Assembly: GCA_965235115.1 (NCBI GenBank)
Contig: OZ249436.1
Location: forward strand, 1,924,001-1,988,000
Origin: Laetmonice hystrix
Taxonomy: Eukaryota
Reading direction: 5' to 3'
Length of the DNA stretch: 64,000 bases
The number at the start of each line of letters is the position of its first letter. Positions within the stretch are counted from its first letter, which is position 1. Positions 60,454 to 64,000 of the stretch are shown piece by piece. The position numbers were made by a program, and so were the translations under genes. The notes below the pieces were generated by a model. That model had not been told where the DNA came from, did no database searches, and saw only the letters and a program-made list of their open reading frames with translations.

Positions 60454-63400
60454 TGAAGGGACAGTGTTGTGGTACGTTATGACCCAAGGATAGCCGCTGG
60501 GTGACAGCAGTTAGAGGTGTGTACGAGGTGGCAGGCGTAAAGGGACAGTGTTGTGGTACGTTATGACCCAAGGATAGCCGCTGGGTGACAGCAGTTAGAG
60601 GTGTGTACGAGGTGGCAGGCGTGAAGGGACAGTGTTGTGGTACGTTATGACCCAAGGATGGCCGCTGGGTGACAGCAGTTAGAGGTGTGTACGAGGTGGC
60701 AGGCGTGAAGGGACAGTGTTGTGGTACGTTATGACCCAAGGATGGCCGCTGGGTGACAGCAGTTAGAGGTGTGTACGAGGTGGCAGGCGTGAAGGGACAG
60801 TGTTGTGGTACGTTATGACCCAAGGATAGCCGCTGGGTGACAGCAGTTAGAGGTGTGTACGAGGTGGCAGGCGTGAAGGGACAGTGTTGTGGTACGTTAT
60901 GACCCAAGGATGGCCGCTGGGTGACAGCAGTTAGAGGTGTGTACGAGGTGGCAGGCGTGAAGGGACAGTGTTGTGGTACGTTATGACCCAAGGATGGCCG
61001 CTGGGTGACAGCAGTTAGAGGTGTGTACGAGGTGGCAGGCGTGAAGGGACAGTGTTGTGGTACGTTATGACCCAAGGATGGCCGCTGGGTGACAGCAGTT
61101 AGAGGTGTGTACGAGGTGGCAGGCGTGAAGGGACAGTGTTGTGGTACGTTATGACCCAAGGATAGCCGCTGGGTGACAGCAGTTAGAGGTGTGTACGAGG
61201 TGGCAGGCGTGAAGGGACAGTGTTGTGGTACGTTATGACCCAAGGATAGCCGCTGGGTGACAGCAGTTAGAGGTGTGTACGAGGTGGCAGGCGTGAAGGG
61301 ACAGTGTTGTGGTACGTTATGACCCAAGGATAGCCGCTGGGTGACAGCAGTTAGAGGTGTGTACGAGGTGGCAGGCGTGAAGGGACAGTGTTGTGGTACG
61401 TTATGACCCAAGGATGGCCGCTGGGTGACAGCAGTAGGAGGTGTGTACGAGGTGGCAGGCGTGAAGGGACAGTGTTGTGGTACGTTATGACCCAAGGATG
61501 GCCGCTGGGTGACAGCAGTTAGAGGTGTGTACGAGGTGGCAGGCGTGAAGGGACAGTGTTGTGGTACGTTATGACCCAAGGATGGCCGCTGGGTGACAGC
61601 AGTAGGAGGTGTGTACGAGGTGGCAGACGTGAAGGGACAGTGTTGTGGTACGTTATGACCCAAGGATGGCCGCTGGGTGACAGCAGTTAGAGGTGTGTAC
61701 GAGGTGGCAGGCGTGAAGGGACAGTGTTGTGGTACGTTATGACCCAAGGATGGCCGCTGGGTGACAGCAGTTAGAGGTGTGTACGAGGTGGTAGGCGTGA
61801 AGGGACAGTGTTGTGGTACGTTATGACCCAAGGATGGCCGCTGGGTGACAGCAGTTAGAGGTGTGTACGAGGTGGCAGGCGTGAAGGGACAGTGTTGTGG
61901 TACGTTATGACCCAAGGATGGCCGCTGGGTGACAGCAGTTAGAGGTGTGTACGAGGTGGCAGGCGTGAAGGGACAGTGTTGTGGTACGTTATGACCCAAG
62001 GATGGCCGCTGGGTGACAGCAGTTAGAGGTGTGTACGAGGTGGCAGGCGTGAAGGGACAGTGTTGTGGTACGTTATGACCCAAGGATGGCCGCTGGGTGA
62101 CAGCAGTTAGAGGTGTGTACGAGGTGGTAGGCGTGAAGGGACAGTGTTGTGGTACGTTATGACCCAAGGATGGCCGCTGGGTGACAGCAGTTAGAGGTGT
62201 GTACGAGGTGGCAGGCGTGAAGGGACAGTGTTGTGGTACGTTATGACCCAAGGATGGCCGCTGGGTGACAGCAGTTAGAGGTGTGTACGAGGTGGCAGGC
62301 GTGAAGGGACAGTGACCCAAGGATGGCCGCTGGGTGACAGCAGTTAGAGGTGTGTACGAGGTGGCAGGCGTGAAGGGACAGTGTTGTGGTACGTTATGAC
62401 CCAAGGATGGCCGCTGGGTGACAGCAGTTAGAGGTGTGTACGAGGTGGCAGGCGTGAAGGGACAGTGTTGTGGTACGTTATGACCCAAGGATGGCCGCTG
62501 GGTGACAGCAGTTAGAGGTGTGTACGAGGTGGTAGGTGTGAAGGGACAGTGTTGTGGTACGTTATGACCCAAGGATGGCCGCTGGGTGACAGCAGTTAGA
62601 GGTGTGTACGAGGTGGCAGGCGTGAAGGGACAGTGTTGTGGTACGTTATGACCCAAGGATGGCCGCTGGGTGACAGCAGTTAGAGGTGTACGAGGTGGTA
62701 GGTGTGAAGGGACAGTGTTGTGGTACGTTATGACCCAAGGATGGCCGCTTGGTGACAGCAGTTAGAGGTGTGTACGAGGTGGCAGGCGTGAAGGGACAGT
62801 GTTGTGGTACGTTATGACCCAAGGATGGCCGCTGGGTGACAGCAGTAGGAGGTGTGTACGAGGTGGCAGGCGTGAAGGGACAGTGTTGTGGTACGTTATG
62901 ACCCAAGGATGGCCGCTTGGTGACAGCAGTTAGAGGTGTGTACGAGGTGGTAGGTGTGAAGGGACAGTGTTGTGGTACGTTATGACCCAAGGATGGCCGC
63001 TGGGTGACAGCAGTTAGAGGTGTGTACGAGGTGGTAGGTGTGAAGGGACAGTGTTGTGGTACGTTATGACCCAAGGATGGCCGCTGGGTGACAGCAGTAG
63101 GAGGTGTGTACGAGGTGGCAGGCGTGAAGGGACAGTGTTGTGGTACGTTATGACCCAAGGATGGCCGCTGGATGACAGTAGTTAGAGGTGTGTACGAGGT
63201 GGCAGACGTGAAGGGACAGTGTTGTGGTACGTTATGACCCAAGGATGGCCGCTGGGTGACAGCAGTTAGAGGTGTGTACGGGGTGGCAGGCGTGAAGGGA
63301 CAGTGTTGTGGTACGTTATGACCCAAGGATGGCCGCTGGGTGACAGCAGTTAGAGGTGTGTACGAGGTGGCAGGCGTGAAGGGACAGTGTTGTGGTATGT

Positions 63401-63454
63401 TATGACCCAAGGATGGCCCCTGGGTGACAGCAGTTAGAGGTGTGTACGAGGTGG
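60454..63454. repeat. 84-bp minisatellite in unc-13 intron 3, about 36 copies
   Basis: 84-bp period gives the 28-aa periodic minus-strand pseudo-ORFs. Confidence 0.98.
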
Positions 63455-64000
63455 TTGTAATAAAGGACCCCGCCCCCTCCCAGGAAGTAGTAAATTATCC
63501 GGATCACCCGGACATCCTAATACCCGTAGGATTGGACACTGTTCGCTGGGAGGTTTGACAGCCACACCATGGTACCTGAATCGACATGAGTCCCAATTTC
63601 CAATCCTCGTAACATCAGTGTCGCTTAACCACGGATTGTTCACAAGGACATGCTGACTTGTGCCGTAAGCTGTAATTGTACTGATCGTAGGAGTAAGTCC
63701 AGTCAAAGAATCGTGATTCTTGCCTCAGAAAATACAGCGCCGGAGACGTCTTAATGTAGATGTTAAGATATTGCTGGAATAAGTGAAATATGATGTTACT
63801 GGTGGAGTCATGATTATGTTCTCTGGCCTTTGTATTTGTGCTGGGGAAGGGGTGAGGACCGTACATCTCCACAGATGATCTTCGCCCCCTGACACGAGTC
63901 GACTGTTGGAAGGTTACATCCTCGTGGTAAATCTCCACGGAATTTGGTGATAAAAAGTAACAATTGAACCTCACCCTAACCCTCCACCCCCCCTTCCCCA

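Noticed and set aside
60410..63410. 748-aa and 254-aa mucin-like minus-strand ORFs
   Set aside because: Translation of an 84-bp tandem unit that lacks a stop in one frame. It is broken by a 2-bp deletion, has no true ATG, signal peptide or unique domain, and lies antisense in unc-13 intron 3.
59789..64000. unc-13 exon 4 (expected E..RLD.GL.VEVWNKG-like peptide)
   Set aside because: Not found by eye in the unique sequence; presumably beyond the window.

Overview
This is AT-rich metazoan (invertebrate-type) genomic DNA. Roughly half of it (about 31 kb by hand tally) is tandem repeat: over 25 unrelated minisatellite arrays with 14-100 bp units, plus (CT)n, (CTT)n and (TAAA)n microsatellites. 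The only gene I can support is the 5' end of an unc-13/Munc13 gene on the + strand, not captured as a spliced gene by the ORF track. Three coding exons (28265-28286, 28545-28574, 59689-59788; 22/30/100 nt, GT-AG introns) splice to [50 protein letters not shown](F), the start of the C2A domain. Intron 2 is 31.1 kb and exon 4 lies beyond the window. Upstream is a CpG-rich promoter-like region with CRE, YY1-like, X-box-like and CTCF-like motifs and two overlapping uORFs. The rest holds several MITEs (Academ-like with 10-bp TSD, ISL2EU-like with AT TSD inside an array, PIF/Harbinger-like, hAT-like, one near-palindrome), degenerate hAT and CMC-EnSpm transposase remnants, and a tRNA-like A/B-box element. 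The best novel candidate is a frame-preserving 3-nt AAG microexon (48590-48592) in unc-13 intron 2. All long ORFs in the track are repeat artefacts, and there is no CRISPR array. Coordinates of arrays and remnants are approximate and read by eye.
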